NCBI GenBank assembly: GCA_045602185.1
Contig: JAZSBB010000024.1
Location: forward strand, 1-43,032
Length of the DNA stretch: 43,032 nt
From: Eubacteriales bacterium
Lineage (GTDB): Bacteria > Bacillota > Clostridia > Oscillospirales > CAG-272
Direction of reading: 5' to 3'
In this document: one piece after another, positions 42,686 through 43,032 of the stretch
How the letters are laid out: each line of letters starts with the position of its first letter
Numbering within the stretch: position 1 is the stretch's first letter
Translations under genes and position numbers: made by a program
The notes under the pieces: generated by a model
Told to the model about the DNA's origin: nothing
Seen by the model: the letters and a program-made list of their open reading frames with translations, nothing else
Database searches by the model: none

Positions 42686-43032
42686 TTATCGGTCGGTGTC
42701 CTGAGCGCTGTACTCAACGCCGTATCTATGCGCCTGAGTCGAAAAAAGCTTAAAATACTGGCGCTTATTCTCCATAAGCTCGGAGTGGGTTCCAACCTCT
42801 GCTATTTTGCCCTCGTCAAGCACTACTATCTGCCCTGCCGAAACGGCGCTTGAAAGGCGGTGCGAAACGAAGATGCTTATTTTGCCCTTGGCAAGATTTT
42901 CAAATTTGTTGAATATTTCCTGCTCCGCAAGTGCGTCAAGAGATGCGGTAGGCTCGTCAAGTATAAGTATTTCGGATTTTTTGTAAAAGGCTCTCGCCAC
43001 GGAAAGCTTCTGCCATTGACCGCCCGAAAGCT
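42686..43032 (-). CDS. ABC exporter ATP-binding domain, 3' end only (5' part lies outside the window)
   Basis: The frame stays open to the window edge. Signature LSGGQWQKL is encoded at the extreme right end. Walker B ILILDEPTASLD and an H-loop (FVSHRL) are present. Confidence 0.85.
   Translation of the reverse strand, partial: LSGGQWQKLSVARAFYKKSEILILDEPTASLDALAEQEIFNKFENLAKGKISIFVSHRLSSAVSAGQIVVLDEGKIAEVGTHSELMENKRQYFKLFSTQAHRYGVEYSAQDTDR

Noticed and set aside
1-43032. tRNA or rRNA genes, CRISPR arrays, IS elements, integrases and known defence systems
   Set aside because: Scanning both strands showed none of the following:
- T-loop-like GGTTCGAATCC-type motifs;
- regularly spaced short repeats;
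- transposase-, integrase-, nuclease- or helicase-like ORFs.
Every ORF of at least 60 aa outside the annotated genes overlaps an annotated gene or lacks translation signals. This was a by-eye scan, so short or degenerate elements could have been missed.

Overview
This is a 43-kb chromosomal segment. Gene content and signals point to an anaerobic Firmicute (Clostridia-like): Gram-positive lipoboxes, AGGAGG-type RBSs, a nifS-nifU-mnmA operon, and GC around the mid-40s % by eye. The taxon is an inference. I call 27 intact CDS, 1 CDS truncated by the window edge and 1 pseudogene. I found no rRNA, tRNA, CRISPR array, transposase, integrase, phage gene or recognisable defence gene.

Layout:
- 1-2.0 kb: a membrane-anchored XRE-type regulator bracketed by a perfect 29-bp direct repeat, plus a DUF4886/SGNH-like hydrolase.
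- 2.1-6.3 kb: three exopeptidase genes (M18, PepD/M20, M29).
- 6.4-13.2 kb: a tandem array of three paralogous multidomain SGNH-esterase-like genes. One is an 1126-aa lipoprotein, one is a 657-aa leaderless copy, and one is a decayed copy with a ~2.3-kb internal deletion.
- 13.3-14.9 kb: a COG2509-type FAD oxidoreductase.
- 15.0-18.8 kb: mglBAC-like sugar ABC importer.
- 18.9-23.8 kb: livJHMGF branched-chain amino-acid importer.
- 24.1-37.3 kb: a 13-kb seven-gene operon. It encodes a 1149-aa solute-binding protein with CBM-like modules, two complete CUT1 permease pairs, an NHL-propeller/Yip1-like membrane protein and a 1210-aa secreted protein. It has no ATPase and no regulator.
- 37.8-40.5 kb: nifS-nifU-mnmA.
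- 40.7-42.6 kb: a lipoprotein-type M3 oligoendopeptidase.
- 42.7 kb to the end: the 3' end of an ABC exporter gene.

The best candidates for uncharacterised biology are the seven-gene ABC/NHL-Yip1/giant-secreted-protein operon and the SGNH-like paralog array. All family assignments come from motif recognition by eye, not from database searches.
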